A DNA stretch of 63,580 bases, the filler included. It is 12 parts of 12 records of this genome, joined end to end, with 100 filler letters (N's around TTAATTAATTAA, not from the genome) between each part and the next. Parts side by side here need not be neighbours in the genome. Positions count along the whole stretch, not along the records: positions 20,194 to 25,739 come from SRR7504441_3279; positions 25,840 to 31,874 come from SRR7504441_3283; positions 31,975 to 37,245 come from SRR7504441_3286; 9 more parts are not named here. One strand, given 5' to 3'. The notes below the pieces were generated by a model, which saw only the letters and a program-made list of their open reading frames with translations, made no database searches and was not told where the DNA came from. The first letter of the stretch is position 1, and each line of letters opens with the position of its first letter. A program made the translations under genes and the position numbers. Positions 21,655-33,970 of this stretch are shown one piece after another.

Positions 21655-21782
21655 CTGTGTCCGCCCTCTTGCAGTCTTGTCGGGAGTTCGGACGGCAGGG
21701 TCGAATAACGGTTTTACCGGCCGCGGCTGCCCTTTGGTACTCTCCACACACCTGCAGCATACTCTCTCCACACACCTGCAGC

Positions 21783-24568
21783 ATGCGAGTGCTGGCGCAG
21801 TCGCTCAGTGGCAGCCGGGTCGAGCTCGATCTGGACAGCTCGTGGCTGGTCTCGGCAGTCAAGAGGGAGATATCGCTGCGCGAGGGGCTGCCGGCCGACC
21901 AGCTCACGCTGATCTTCAAAGGCCAGCGGCTGGACGACCACAAGACCCTCCGGAGCAACCGCGTGCGCGACGGCGACCGGCTGCACCTGGTGATCAAGTT
22001 TCGGTCCGCCCCGGCTCCCGCCCCGGCTTCCGCCCCGGCTCCGGAGGAACCTGTCATATCGCTGCACCTGCGGACGCTGAGCGGTAGCCAGCCGCCGGTG
22101 GCAGCGCGGGCTTCGGACCTGGTATCGGCGGTCAAGCATTCGATCGCAGCTGCCCAGGGGATCCCGGTGGAGCAGCAGAGCCTGATTCACCGAGGCAAGG
22201 TGCTCGAGGACCCCAAACCGCTCTCGGCGTACGGAATAGCAGACGGGGCCAGCCTGATGCTAGTGATCCAGACCCGGGCCACCCCGCCGATGGGCGGCAG
22301 GCCTCCCGCGCAGCAGGGGTTCAGCGTGACCGCCAAGACGCTGTCGGGCCGGCCGATTGAGTGCACAGTCCGAGCGGACGAGCCTGTGCTGGCGATCAAG
22401 CAGCAGGTGGCGCGTGCGGAGGGAATCCCTGTCGAGAGCCAAGTGCTGGTTTACTCAGGCCGCCAGCTGGAGGATCAACAGAGCGTGCAGCAAGCCGGGA
22501 TCCAGCCGGGCAGCCTGGTGCGAGTGGTGATTCGAATCCGGCAGCGTGGCGCGTTCCAGCTATTTGCAAGGGCCCTGACCGGGAGTGTGATCACACTCGA
22601 GGCCGAGCCGGACGACCTCGTGCGCTCTGTCAAGCTTAAAATAGAGCAAAAGGAGCCAAGCACCCCGGCCAGCCAGCTGCAGCTGATATTCGCTGGCAAG
22701 AAGCTGCAGGATGACAAATCGCTCGCATTCTACAATATCACGGCCGGCGCCCAGCTGCACGTGCTGATGAAGTTTGACAGCCCAGCCGCCCAGCAGGCAG
22801 CGAACCTGACTGCCAGTCTGGTCAGCGCCACCGCCCCTGCCGATGGGTCCACGGATGTGCCAGTGGATGCCACGGTCAGCTGCCAACTCTCGCGGCAAGT
22901 ACGCTCGGTCGATGCTCCGAGTGCAATCTCGATAGACGGCTGCGCAGGCACAGCCCGCTACGACCAGCGGCTGCGCGTGCTCTCCTTCCGGCCGACTGCT
23001 TCTTTCCAGCCCGGTCGCAAGCACTCGGTTCGCATTGCGGCCGCAGCTGTTACTAGCTCGGCTGGCCGCTGCCAAGAGGATTTTGTTTTCCAGTTCAGCA
23101 CTGCCGAGCGGCCGCCTGTGGTCCGGCTTGCACTCCGCTGCCGCGGGATGCCGCCGACTGGGCTTGATCTCGAGTTGAGTCCGCCGCTGGAGCAGGCGCT
23201 CAAGTGTGGCGTGGCGAGGGCACTCGGGCTGCCAGTTACTGAGATTGTGGGGCTGTCCCATCAAGACGAGCAGGCACGCGATGTGGCCGAGCTAAGGGAC
23301 GGCGATGTGCTGCTAGTCCGGTTAAAAAGGCACGTTGCGGAAGAGGAGGCGGCCAAGGCTCGCCGAGCTGAAGGTGCCGGCTCAAACCAGCGGCTCTCAC
23401 CCGGGGGCAGTCCGAAGGGGTGCGCTGCGACACATCCTGAATGGGATGTCGATGGACCGGCGGATGGAGTAGGCTGTCATGGCGATGCTCTGGCTGATCG
23501 GCGGCAGGTATGCAATGGCGGAGTCAATGGGCGGCGAGGGCAATCCGGTGTGGCAGCAGGTGCAGGTCAAGTTGCTGGACGCCGAACTCGCCCAGCTCAC
23601 TCCGGAGGAGCAGCAGCTGGCAGACTGGACACAGCCCGTTGATCTCTCCTACTCAGGAGAGATCAACGGGCCAGCTGCGCAGGCTCAGCCGCCTGCAATG
23701 CCAATCTATGAGGTGGTAAGCGTGATCAGCCGGGCGCTCCGTGAGCAGGACGCTTCGATCATCCTGTGGTCCACTGTGCCCAGCTCAGTTCTCCAGGGCC
23801 AGCACACCGGACCAGCTGCCGAGCGCCTGGTCAAAAACAGCTGCAGCCAGCTGGCCAGTAGCTCGACTGGCTCCGATGCACAGATGGTGCACCGCTTTGT
23901 CAGGACGCTCATTGATCTTATCCGGCTGCTCTCGCCAGGCACTGCCAGCCTGTGGGGTGGTGTGTGCTGAGCCTAGGCTGCAGCCACACCTGCTGAGGCG
24001 ATCCCGGACATTGTCGTGGCTTGGCTCCAAGCATTCATCTTCAACCTGACCGGTGCTGCCCCGCCAGCCTGGTGGTGGCCACTCACCACCACGGCCCAGC
24101 GCGCTCTATCCGGAGCCCATTCGCACTGGACGTGCCTGAGCTGCGCCGGTTTGTGCTGAGCGGTGGCGGGATGCCGTCAGCCAACCCAAGGCAGCACCTG
24201 CTCCAGCTCGGGTGCGTGGCGGGCTGTAACTGGATGATGATCGGTGTGCAGCTGCAACTTGTCACGGGTGCCACCGGGTGCGCTGGCAGCACTAGATGAG
24301 AAGCTCAGCACACCTGGAGCGGAGTGCTCACTCAGCCTAGAGAATCTGCTGATCAACAGCTCGCAGTACGTCAGGGCGAGTGTGGGCTTGATGGCTGGGC
24401 AGGGTGGCCCCGGGTCTGAGCTGCTGGGTGCAAACTAATCCGCAGACCTACAAGGTGCATTGTTTTGTGTATAAGACCGACTTCATTCTGGAGTGGCTCG
24501 AGATGCATGCCGAAGACCCACAGACCCGGCAGAACCTGGCAGTGAACGATTTAATCCAAATCTCGTGA
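21783..24568 (+). CDS. Tandem ubiquitin-like (4x) + bacterial-type Ig-like (Big_5-like) + helical region + degenerate U-box-like C-terminus, multi-exon
   Basis: Four UBLs (QLTLIFKGQRLDD, QQSLIHRGKVLED, QVLVYSGRQLED, LQLIFAGKKLQDD). Ig-like region TAPADGSTDVPVDATV...LSFRPTASFQPG...VFQFST. C-terminus CSLSLE...HCFVYKTDFILEWLEMHAEDPQTRQNLAVNDLI*. Confidence 0.75.
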
Positions 24569-24768
24569 GAGACACATTTCTTTCTTTCACTGAGTTTTGA
24601 TCCGGCCGAGGGCTCCTGGCTTTACGTATAAATTTCCAGTAAATTTCCAGTGATTATAAAGTGATTAAACCCTATAACTTCTAATAGGGTCGTGCACTTA
24701 ATAGGCATGCTCTAGGCTCAAATTCAGTTTCGTAGGTGGGTGGATATTGTTGCTGGATTTATAAAAAA

Positions 24769-25635
24769 TCAATGAAACATATTTCTAGGCTCGAGGGCCA
24801 CGTAGCAAGGCACTTCGTAGCGTGTCTTGTCATTGTCTTCAAATCTGTAGTGTAGAATGACACTACCTGCACAGCAATGCGTGAATTCGCAGCATATTCA
24901 ATTATCGCGAGGGTGACCTGTCGCTGGACAATCCTTGTATATTCCCCCATTGGCTACCACTCCTTTCATATTCTGGAGAGCTCCCCGTTGTGGTTGCAGC
25001 CTCTCCTGGTTTGAAGTCTCAAGGAACCTGCCCGGCTGGTCAGCTCGCAGCGCGCTTCAACTTGCCATTTTATCATCATCCAGACGTCTGTGTTGCCCGA
25101 GGCGGGCCCTTCAGTGCACCTGTTCCAGAATTGCTCTCGCTTATCCACCAGCATGCTCTGCCCCAATCCGGCTACATCCGCCACCCGGAGGCCACAATCG
25201 CACCTGCGTCCAGCGCGGGCAGGTTTTATACGACACTTGACGCTGCCCCCGCTCCTGCACTTTCTGGGGCACAATGTCAGCGCGGCCTGCCCGCTCGCAC
25301 CTCCAGCGTCGATCCGTGCTGCTCACTCCACGCCCCAGAATGGTAGTCCCTCGCCCGCTGTTTGACCACGTGCTTGTACCGAGGAGGCCCAGTGTTGCAT
25401 GGGCGAGGCTGCGGCGGCCGATTCTTGGGCGCCAGGGGTGCGCCTGCATGCGGGCTCGCCCGGCCGAGGCAGCTGGACGGGGCACCGATCTCGCCCGTCT
25501 GAGGGTCGACCGAGGACTCCCAGTCGGCCTCCACTGGCTTTTTCTCCTCCTTCTTCACCTGGTGCTTGAAGAACTTGCCGCACGCCGTGTTGCCCTGCCC
25601 CACCGCTCCAGAACCGCGTGCTGTCTGGGTACCAT
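24769..25635 (-). CDS. N-myristoylated protein with DC-UbP/UBTD-type ubiquitin-binding domain, multi-exon
   Basis: ATG|intron|GGC gives MGNTACGK. The spliced product contains WTQSMLVDKREQFWN...GNTDVWMMIK...RYEVPCYVALEPRN, resembling the UBTD1/2 N-terminal domain (KRDEFW..GR.EIW..RY.LP.Y...P.N). Confidence 0.6.
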
Positions 25636-26212
25636 TTTGTAAATCGAGCTCGTAAATAGTCTAGACTCTACAACGTAGATCTACTACAGGGGTTTGGTAG
25701 GCTATCCATCCGGGTAGCACATGAATAATTATTTGCATTNNNNNNNNNNNNNNNNNNNNNNNNNNNNNNNNNNNNNNNNNNNNTTAATTAATTAANNNNN
25801 NNNNNNNNNNNNNNNNNNNNNNNNNNNNNNNNNNNNNNNGAGAAACGCCCTGGCTCTTGAGCGACTGCTATAGAGGCTCAATTCACTTTATTCGTAGACT
25901 ACATATTAGGTTCTAAATTATACTGATACGTATTGATGCGGTATTGAATACATGATTGTAGGTAATTCCCAGGGAAACAGCACATGGACAGGTTAAGCTT
26001 GCAATTGGACCAACTGGTGAGCAGCACATTTTGAGCGACTCAGGACTTGAGCAGAACTGTGCTTGTTTCCGTCGTTTTGAGGCGGGATGGTGACGCACAA
26101 GAGTCAAGAAAATTTTAGAAAATTTTACAATTATTGGCTATACGTGTACACAAGTCATGCATGCCTATCATAGCGATGCAGCATTTGCGTGCTTCATTTA
26201 CACGGGTGCCTC

Positions 26213-29200
26213 TTACATGCCTATGATGTTGTCTTCCTTCAAGAGAGGGCTAGTTGTGTTTGTAAAATCCCTTGGTGATTGTGTCTGACTCTCAGTTGGG
26301 TTTGATTTGACGGCGAAAAGCAAGTCTCGTTTCTTGAGCTCCGGAGATTGCTCCATCAAATGTTGTATCACGGTAAACATGTCGAATGAAGACTGCTCTA
26401 CACCTCCAGAGGATGTTTTCGTCCCTTGCCGGTTGCCTAATTGCGCTGCCAGCTGTTCATGGAGGTCTGGATCGACTACCCTCTGCATCGACTTGAGCAT
26501 GTGGTCTTTATTCAACTTGTTCTCCACATCTTTGAGCCTAGTTGATTCGGTCTCGAACAGCGCCTGCTGTAGCTCCGATTCTCCGGAGATGAAGGCGATT
26601 GAGCAGAGCACCTTGTAATCCTGAAAGAATGTTGTATAGGGGACAATGCAGACATTGCCGGCCTCCTCTTCCTCCCTGAACGCAAGAGCCGACAGGTCAC
26701 GTGGGCGCCAAGTTGTGCTGACAACAGCAAATACCCCATTGTGATCAGCAGCAATACAGGCACCATTCAGAGACGTTGCTTTTCTGCTAGCTTGACCCCG
26801 GCAGCTGCTGCACTGCCCTCTCTCCTGCCTGGACATCTGGCGCTGCAGCCTCTCGCGCTCGTCCAAGCTTGACAGGTCGTCCCTTTTCCTCTCTTCCAAC
26901 TGCTGTATGTCTGCAGCATCAAGACTGCCATCCGCGTTCGCGTCGAGCAAAACTTCCCCCGTCCTTTTGTTCACGGGAGTCATGTACACTACGGTGCATT
27001 GTCCAAACCACGGTAACACAACCGGCATCTCCAAACAATGAAACACCACCTGTGGATCTGTTACTCCCCTCCCTTCGTGTCCCTTAACTAACCTCAGTAC
27101 CATCTGGCAACACTGCCTCTTCACGATATTGGCACTTGCCGTTCGCAATTGCAATGCAGTGGCGTGACAAATCCCTTTCTGTCGTGGAGCCAAGCTCGTA
27201 GTTCTCGCACATACCGACCACCTGATCTTGTGTCTTCCCTACACATCCACGTGAGAAACACCTCAGACACTGGCAGAGACCGTATAGCGACGCAAAGAGT
27301 GGATTGCAGTACGCAAGCTTGTTTCCTGATGGACAAACGATCATTCCCCGAGTGGAGAGCTAAGACACAGTCACCTGAGGTCCTGCAGTAGACAGGGATC
27401 GGCACGTTTCTCATCATTACACTCATATGGTCCTCCTCTTTGGCCGCCTCCGTTGATATTTTAATCAGATCATTGGCCGACATACCCGCGAAGCGGTCCA
27501 AGCCGACCATTCGCAGACCGACTTCGCCTGGTATCAACTGCCAGGTTTGGTCTAGCCGCCGGCCATCAGGATCCAAGTAATTGTTCATCCGCGCCATGAT
27601 GACCTTGAAGTGATTCAGCACCTTGTCTTCCTGCACAGCCAGTCATGTAGCCCACTACAAGAGCACGACCTTTTCTGTCTCAACGAAGAAATCGTAAACC
27701 TCAAGGATCACGCCAATAAGTACGTTGATCAGGACTATTGCAGTAACAATATTGAAGGCTACAAAGTAGAGCCGCACCCATTCACTACCCATGCACTTGA
27801 CATAACCGTCTACTGTGACATGCCAATCTGCCCCAACCCTCATCACGCTGGTGCTGGCGGGGATTCACTATTTTGGATCATCAGCATGAACAGCGTGACA
27901 AAAGCTCCATACAGATTGTCAAAGTGCAAATTGTAGTAGTATTCAGCATTTGCAAAGTCCCCTTGCCACTTCTCGCCCTGCCAATCGCCTGGGCCTTCTG
28001 GAGCATTTTCAGTCACGCAGCCAGCAAAGAAACCCATGCCAAACACAGCAAACGTGTAATAGGTCTGCCAATACAGACTGGCTAAGTGCGGGTGCTGTAC
28101 AAAGCGGGCTTACAATGAGGAACATGTTCATCTGAGGCCTGATGGCAGGGCCAGTGCGCATCAGGCATCTATGGACTTGACTAAACTGGTCCCAGTTTGT
28201 ACAGATCGCTAAGCACTTGACAATTCGTAACAGCGACAGGATGGACGTGTATTGGATAGTTGTTCCGCCATGGCAGACATCGTAGATTGCTACACCCAAA
28301 AGCGCAATAAATATAAGATCGATGATATGTAGAAAATGGTTCCAGGTTGGCAGCCACGCCTTGGCGGCTCGCGTCGGATCTGTGCCTGTGGTATTCGCCG
28401 AGTTGGGTCCGGGTTGAGCGGTGGCGATGGTAACGTACGGCCAGATGTAGTTGAACGGGTCCTGCGTGCCCATCTCCTTCAGGAAGGTCAGCACTGCATC
28501 AACTGCAAAGATGGGCAAGATGATCTTCCAGGCCAATGGATACGGGCGCGTGCTGCAGCTCTGAGCTTGAATGTCGGTTTTGTTCGGGAAAGAGTGGTGC
28601 AAGATGGGTACGGCCAGCACTGCAAAGTTGAGGATCCCGTACAGCACATCGTACCGAAGCATGTTCCTAAGTGTGTGAATAGAGCACAGATCAGCAGAGT
28701 GCTCTCGCGCAAGCTTATCTCCACCAATCCACTCGAGTAAGTCAATTTCTCCCTCGAGGGCTGCACGAAGCCTCGGGAACCGATACGTAATCTTTGCTTT
28801 CTTGATGTCACTTTTTCTAACAATCGGTGAGGTGCAAATGTAGTTAAACTTGACAAACTCTTCTCTGGACACGAAGCCATCTTGTGACACATCCATCAGA
28901 GAGAACCACATATCGACTTGCTCCCGGTCCTGCGAGACCAACTGCACTAAATCGTGGAAAGTTGACCTGTCAATCCCGCTCCTCCGATCTATCAGGTGCC
29001 TGGCCTGATCTCTGGACATTCTTTTGTCAATCTTGGATGCCACTGGATCTTGCATCGCTGTAACGACGCTCTCGTAGACGGTTGCCAACACGTGCTCGGC
29101 TTTGCGCGTTTGGTCGAGAAGGTTGCTTGCCAGAAATTCTGTAAGTGACAGAGTCTCAGATCAGCTTGGGCCGTGCTGACCTGAGTAGGCGTTTGAGATG

Positions 29201-30482
29201 ACGGCGAGCAGTATGTTGAGACCAATCATGTTGACCGAGATCATGAATAGCAGCAGCAGCAGCATCAGATACCAATGGTCGTCGTACATAGCCATCCACA
29301 CCTGCAGCGGCTCAGCCGAGCGACCAGCGTGCCAGCCACATCCGGATGGTTGGCTGTGGTGAAGGCAACGTAAAGGCTGAACAGCCCGATCCCGTTGTTA
29401 TGAAAGGAGTTCTGAAGCTCTTCGTCCGCAGCAGGTCCCCCGAAAGAGAGCGCGAACATGAACGCTAAGTAGAAAGTCAGAAAGACCATCACAAGCATCA
29501 GGGTGATCCTGCAGATAGCGACATGTAACGCGAGACAGAATAGCAATGATGTATACCCGCCGATACGTCTCAAGATCCGGAGCAGCGTAGTAAACGCGAT
29601 CCTCGAGTCGCGGTCGAAATTGACTATGAAGAACGACCTCGTGAACCAAAACACGACCGACAGCCCGCTGCTCACTTGGCCGTACCGGGTCTCTTTCGTG
29701 TAGTAGATCCCGGGCAGCTCGGCAAAATTGATTGCAGCCGGGATCATAGAGAGCGCTATGGCTATGACCGAACAGATGACCCAGATCTGCTCCCGAGGAT
29801 AGAAGGTCCGGCAGCCGTCGACGTCTGCCCTGTGCCTGGGATGAGCCCAGCCTAGCGGTGAGATTACCAGGCTTGATGCGTGCGCCATAATTGCCCAGTA
29901 ACCTTCCAGGTGGCCCACTCGGCCCGCGTGGGCCATATGCAGCGCAGCCTGCCCCATGTCAGCGCCGTGCCCGGCAGGCTCCTACTTGAACGCGGCCAGC
30001 ATCGCCAGGTAGACGCTGATGAGCCAGAAGACGACGGTGGCCGCTGTCACGATCTCCTGGTGGTGGCTCGGGAAGATCTGGTCGTTCATCGGCTGCTGGA
30101 AGAACCCGAGCAACATGTACGCGTACGCCAGGCACAGGTGGCCGTTCCGGACTGTCGGGCTGTTTAGCCGGATGTTGGCCTTCACGATCCACGCCTCGCC
30201 GAGGTCCCAGATCGACCCGGACTGCTGGACCGGTCCCTGCTCGGTCCCGCAGTAGCTGGTCATGTTCCACATGCACACGTCCCGCACCGCGATTTGCTCT
30301 GCCATCATCTGCCGCTGGGACAGCGTGCACACCTGCGCTTGGCTGCCTCCCCGCACCCGCTGGAGCCCGCCGGTCCGGACTAGCCCGCCCGTGCGCGCAG
30401 GCTGGTTGGTCCGGACCAGCCCGCCGGCCCGCGGGAGCTCGTCCAGCTCCACGGCCGAGCCCATCTGCGGAGGCAACGCCAT
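26213..30482 (-). CDS. Two-pore calcium/sodium channel (TPC family) with EF-hand-like loops, multi-exon
   Basis: Two 6-TM repeats. Pore I SLYVAFTTANHPDVWMAMY. Pore II FDNLYGAFVTLFMLMIQNNWHV...YFVAFNIVTAIVLINVLIGVILEVY. Linker EF loop DVSQDGFVSREE, and DANADGSLDAAD in the long C-tail. Confidence 0.88.
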
Positions 30483-30598
30483 TGGTGCCAGATCTCACAG
30501 CTGCCGGCACCAACGGCAGAATCGTTCGGCTTGTGGGTTGCCACCGCGCTCCGTCGGCACGTCGCCCCCGTGGTCCATCAACGTACCCCGCTGCGAAG

Positions 30599-31804
30599 AT
30601 GCCGGGTGCGCGTTGGATGCAGGCCACCGCGGTGGCCTGCCTGGGCACAGCGCTGTGGTTCATCCGCAGCCCGTCGTCGCCCGGCCCGCCGCCCGCCACC
30701 CCGGCCGGCCCGCCGCCCGCCGCCCCGGCCGGGCCGGTCCGGTGTGGGTTCGGTGTGCCGTCGCCCGGCCGGTCGCCGCTCTGGACGGCTCAGACTCAGA
30801 ACTGCCGGGCCCGACGAGAGAACCGAACTGTGCTTTGCAAGGTGGGTGTGGGGGCCGAGCTGGGCATGCTCCCGATCGCCGAGGCGGTGGCGGCGATGGA
30901 CGCGAACAGGAGCATGGCACCCGAGCTGCGGTGGGTGCACGAGACTACTGGGGCCAAGCGATACACACAGCGAGCGGTGCACCGGAGTACCGAGCTCAGG
31001 TCCATGATGATTCCGCACGTGGTCCGCGGGCTGGTCGATTCGTCCTTCGGCACGGCGGCGCTCCGGGTGCTGGGTGAGCTGGATGGCGGCACCAAGGCCA
31101 CCGACCCGGAGCTGAGCGGGTATATCCGGAGGTACCATGGCGGCACAGAGACCGGCATGACGCTCGCTGAGTTCATCCGAAGCACCTCCGAGGCCGAGGG
31201 CCATTTCGTCGGGTGTGCCCCGGCCGAGGCAGAGGAGCGCTCCGCGGATGCCAAGGCGGCGGCGCTAAAGCAGCCAGGTGAGGGCTGGCTGGCAGCGGTT
31301 GCGGAGCGGGCGCGGCCGCTGCTGCTGGATGGGCTGGTTGGCTCGGTCCTGGGGAAGGGGTGTCTCCAGGTGTCGGCGAGCAGAGCGCGGCTGGCAACTC
31401 GGAGTGATGGCTGGCACTCACTTGTGATCCAGCTGAGCGGAGGACCTCGGAAGGCGCTGCTGTTCATGCCTGATATGGCCGAAAAGCTAGACCTGTCCTA
31501 TCGGGACGGAATCGAGGGGCCCAAGCACCACCACTCGAAGATCGATCCGAGGAATCTCGCTCCGAGGCTGCACAAGGTGGACGACTTGTTCGACGCGGCT
31601 TTGGCGATGCCGATCACTCTGCACGATGGAGACGCGGTGCACCTCCCAGCCTCCTGGTGGCAGTACATCGAGAGCGGGCCGGCATCGAACGGGTCCGAGC
31701 CGGCCATGGCTATTAGCTTCAATGTGGTGAACGCCAAGCGCGATGGCAGCCCGACAGGCTCTTTTATTGAGCATCCCTGCGAGGCGAAGAAGGCTGGTTC
31801 ATGA
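30599..31804 (+). CDS. Membrane-anchored/secreted cupin (JmjC-like), probably degenerate
   Basis: Hydrophobic N-terminus. LVIQLSGGPRKALLFMP, HSKIDP and ITLHDGDAVHLPASWWQYIES...AISFN. The distal metal His appears replaced by Q. Confidence 0.65.
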   Translation: MPGARWMQATAVACLGTALWFIRSPSSPGPPPATPAGPPPAAPAGPVRCGFGVPSPGRSPLWTAQTQNCRARRENRTVLCKVGVGAELGMLPIAEAVAAMDANRSMAPELRWVHETTGAKRYTQRAVHRSTELRSMMIPHVVRGLVDSSFGTAALRVLGELDGGTKATDPELSGYIRRYHGGTETGMTLAEFIRSTSEAEGHFVGCAPAEAEERSADAKAAALKQPGEGWLAAVAERARPLLLDGLVGSVLGKGCLQVSASRARLATRSDGWHSLVIQLSGGPRKALLFMPDMAEKLDLSYRDGIEGPKHHHSKIDPRNLAPRLHKVDDLFDAALAMPITLHDGDAVHLPASWWQYIESGPASNGSEPAMAISFNVVNAKRDGSPTGSFIEHPCEAKKAGS

Positions 31805-32061
31805 GCACAATTAACCCTCGGCGCTCTAGTACATGAACCTTGTAACAAGATTCATGCACTCCGTCTCTAACAGCNNNNNNNNNNNNNNNNNNNNNNNNNN
31901 NNNNNNNNNNNNNNNNNNTTAATTAATTAANNNNNNNNNNNNNNNNNNNNNNNNNNNNNNNNNNNNNNNNNNNNAATTAAACGCCTATTGCTTCAAAAAA
32001 AAAATAATCGGAGCTATGGTGTTGTGGGCTCACAGAGCTGACTTCGTGTTGCCGTTGAAGC

Positions 32062-33916
32062 ATGCCGCCTCGTGGCCGGCGCTGGCGGATGGTGGTGGTG
32101 CTGGGCCTAGCTGGCGGGCTGACCTGGCTGGCAATACTGTCCCGACTCATGTACGGATCGGGCCTGGCTGACACCGAAGCGCACCGGCTGGTCGATCCGC
32201 TGGTGACCCATCGCGACGGGGCCTCGGCTCAGCCGGCTCCGAGCTCGGCTCAGCGCAAGCGGGCCAGCCTGGCCAAGCGCAAGCAGTCGGTCGGAGTGCG
32301 GCTGTTCCGAAAGTCGGGCTGCCGCGGGGAGTCGGTGCTGATTGACGCCAGCAAGGCCGAGGCCAAGTGCCGGTCGTGCTACGACATGTGCGGGCACCGC
32401 TGGCCAGGCTCGGGCGACGAGTTGCTCGGCAAGGTCGGCGCGGTCCGGGTGGAGGGCCAGCCGCCACAGGGCTGGTCGGTAAAGCTCAGCGGAATCTGCG
32501 AGGGCACGTACGCCTACCCGGAGAAACACGCACGAGCGCAGGTGCTCCGGACCGGGTTGCGGCCAGAGGACGGCTGTGTCGAGCTCACCCACTCGCTTGG
32601 TGGCTAGCTAAGAGCTGTTGAGGTGTTGAGCTAGGGCAGGCTGTGTGTTGTGGGAGGGGGTGCCGGATGAGACTCAGCTGTATGACCCGCTGCCGTACAG
32701 GATCATATACTCAGCCGAGTCCTCCACCTACTTTGGCTACCAGGTCCCGCCACCCCCACCCAGGCACCGACCCGGCCGGCCAGGCGCTGGCCAATCTTCT
32801 CGGGTTTGAGCGATCAGGCCAGCAGAGCACCCCGCCGACCGGTTACATCCGACTGCTCACCTCGCCCGAGGCAGACGACCTCGCAGTGGAGAACGGTGGG
32901 GTAGTCCCGACCTTCACAGCAAGCAAGCACGAGCTGGCGTTCAAGTACGGGCCGTACAACAAGGCGGACGCGGTCGATAAGTACATGCACTCGGGCCAGG
33001 CCCCGGACGAGGAGGTGATGGTCCTGATAGACCCGGACAACTGGCTGGTGAGCTCGGTGGCCTCAGTGGCGGCCTCAGTGACCAAGGGGCGCGGGGCGGG
33101 CACGGCGGCGTTCTTCCACGGCTCGCGCCAGGTGAAGCAGCTCTGGGAGCAGTGCATATGCGACCTGAAGCACCGGACTGGCAAGTGCAAGAACTTGCCC
33201 GCCGTCTGGTCACTGGATGGGCACGAGCCGCGTGTAGCTGCGGCAATCAGCTTGCTCGACGGGCAGGCCTGTACAGTGACGCCGGACCAAGTAGCAGTGC
33301 CGTACTTCGTGCACCGGGAGGACCTGGCCGAGATCGCGCCTTTGTGGAAGCTGATTATTGTGCAGCTGCTGGCGCTTCCACCGAGCGTCGGCAAGGCATT
33401 CAATCAGCTGCAGCTGGACTGGTGTGCTGAGATGTACGGGTATATATTCGCGGCAGCGGCGCTCGGGGTGAAGCACGAGATCGTGCCAGGTGCCTGCGCG
33501 AGACGATGCCATGGCGAGTGATTCGGTGGGCTGCAGGCCTCCAAATTCGAGATGTAGATGGAAAGATCTCCGTAGGACAGTGGCAGCGGTCGCCAATAGC
33601 GATGATCCACATGGGCCGCGCGTGGTTCCCGGCGGAATACGCACACCGAGTCACGCCTCACTGGGTGCACACTGAAGGCCGCGATCTACGGCCAACGAAT
33701 ACAGAGCAGGTCTGGTGCAAGTGTAACCACACAGCCGCTGATGTGGTGCCATGGCCGCTGCCTCCCGGGCTAGACTTTGTCAGCAACGTCACTCTGACAC
33801 TCTTGCACGACTCCTTAGAAAAGTATGGACCAATCGCTACAAACACCAAGTATAGACACGGCAGCACTCCGTATGGTTATCATCAACCGTTTGGCAAGCG
33901 GCCACGGCGCACTTAA
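32062..33916 (+). CDS. Type II membrane glycosyltransferase, peptidyl-serine alpha-galactosyltransferase/HPAT-like (GT96/GT95 clan), multi-exon
   Basis: N-terminal TM anchor. GYIRLLT, YGPYNKADAV, VLIDPD (DxD), VPYFVHREDLAEIAPLW and WCAEMYGYIFAAAALGVKH. Confidence 0.75.
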
Positions 33917-33970
33917 CGTACTTAGAGCTAGGCCTGCGACCGGCTTGATTGTGCACGTCTATATAAAATC

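Noticed and set aside
21783..22775. Polyubiquitin gene
   Set aside because: The units are highly divergent, separated by linkers and lack LRGG.
25480..25535. WW domain at WESSVDPQTGEI
   Set aside because: The following aromatic YYYN and second Trp are not evident in any plausible splice form.
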